In this document: one piece after another, positions 60,614-61,676 of the stretch
Layout of the letters: every line of letters begins with the position of its first letter
Numbering within the stretch: the stretch's first letter is position 1
Origin: Candidatus Latescibacterota bacterium
GTDB taxonomy: Bacteria > Latescibacterota > UBA2968 > UBA8231
Direction: 5' to 3'
Assembly (NCBI GenBank): GCA_965203355.1
Contig: CBDBCT010000002.1
Coordinates: forward strand, 1 to 61,676
DNA length: 61,676 nt
Made by a program: the position numbers and the translations under genes
Notes under the pieces: generated by a model
Told to the model about the DNA's origin: nothing
Database searches by the model: none
The model's input: only the letters and a program-made list of their open reading frames with translations

Positions 60614-60738
60614 CCAGAGCTCAACGCCTTTCGGCATCCAACCTCATCGCCGGGCCAGCGGTCCGGCACCCCGCCGCGATGTATAACTCGTAGGCCACCG
60701 ACTCCAGAAGTCATCGGCTTTCCACACCAGCGGCTTGG
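60614..60738 (-). repeat. Inverted copy of 5413-5570 with a truncated I-B-like repeat
   Basis: GAGCTCAACGCCTTTCGGCATC at 60617-60638. Confidence 0.8.
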
Positions 60739-61203
60739 GCTGTTAGCGGGCCCGCCTTGGCTGGCCGACTCGGCAAGGCGGCCATATCCCAGCCTATTCG
60801 TGCCTTGCCTATACCGTAGAGGGACCTCGCTGGCGGGAGGTGTGCTCGGAACGACGCCATACCATGCTCCGTGCGTGGCCGGTCCATCGCCCAGCCGAAC
60901 CGTACCCCGCTGCCAGCCCAAGCCGTCCGTATCACAGGAGCGATGGGGACAAACGCTGGACTTAGGACGAGTGGCTGCTAGAAATAACGGCTAAGCGCTA
61001 GGAAAAATGCTAAAAAAAAGACTAATTCATTATGTCGCAGGGCATTTCCCTCCTTAGGTTGTAAATTTATTTGTACGTCTCGTCGTGCGTTTGTTAGCCG
61101 TCGTCGCCCTGGTCTTGACCGGTGTGATCCTCTTCGGCAATGGTGCCCGTGGCCGTTCTTATCCCGCTGATGGCTCAAGCTGTCCGTACCACAGGAGCCC
61201 GCT

Positions 61204-61639
61204 ATGACAGCTTTCCAACCGTGGGCCCCACCTCCGCGGCCGTTAGTCTCGACACGGCCCGCATCAGACTGAACCCCTAGCTGATTACTTAGGTGCCCTA
61301 CACGCGAAAGGGCTTTCCCCAGCTTCTAGTGCCGTCGTGGTCCAAGCCGTGCGATTCGTAGAGAAACGGCAAGACCAACCATCAAGCGTGGGGCCACTCG
61401 TAAGCCGCACACTGGCCGGAGTCCGCCGTGCAGGGCCAAGGGGCACACTACGCAGCCGCGACGTAGAGCGTATGGCTACCGCGGCCGGCTTGCGCGACGC
61501 GGCCCTATTCCGGCGGATGTCCGATTGTCTCTTGCGAGTCTCTGAAGGGGTAGCCGTTGATTGCGAGCATGTCCAGTTTGAAGAGGATGGAACGGGTTTG
61601 CTCTATATCCCCCGCAGCAAGACCGACCAAGAGAGGTGA
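61204..61639 (+). pseudogene. Decayed paralogue of the 7118-8119 recombinase
   Basis: VQAVRFVE, VGPL, AALFR.MSD.LLR.SE, SKTDQE, with internal deletions and a premature stop. Confidence 0.85.
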
Positions 61640-61676
61640 GGAGCCTACCAAGCGTTCGGATCGCCGACCGCCCAAG

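Noticed and set aside
60780-60860. HIPAYS-like peptide suggesting an IS630 remnant
   Set aside because: No DDE context or terminal repeats.

Overview
A GC-rich mosaic of plasmid and mobile-element DNA, dense in defence genes, with no housekeeping, rRNA or tRNA genes. The WD40-FlgD and S8-Ig secreted proteins resemble those of host-associated Latescibacterota/Gemmatimonadota/Poribacteria-like bacteria (weak inference). 1-22.7 kb: a methyltransferase-HNH gene, a RelE-like toxin-antitoxin pair, radC, a Cre-like recombinase, fragmented restriction-modification genes interrupted by secreted-protein genes, and a DUF1156 methylase. 22.9-34.3 kb: plasmid backbone with parA/parG, two candidate Rep genes, an iteron plus DnaA-box origin, and five paralogous coiled-coil membrane genes. 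34.4-46.5 kb: a complete type I-G (I-U) CRISPR-Cas locus with 29 perfect repeats. 46.6-60.4 kb: a helicase/SNF2/methyltransferase defence operon. Three candidate novelties stand out. (1) Csb2 (Cas5-Cas6 fusion) carries an in-frame ~240-aa phosphoribosyltransferase domain. (2) The type IIG-like methyltransferase has an (ACGC)5 frameshift tract in front of three tandem divergent specificity cassettes. (3) Solitary CRISPR repeats resembling three subtypes (I-E, I-B/Myxan, I-G) are scattered outside the array. All family calls come from motif recognition by eye; no database searches were run.
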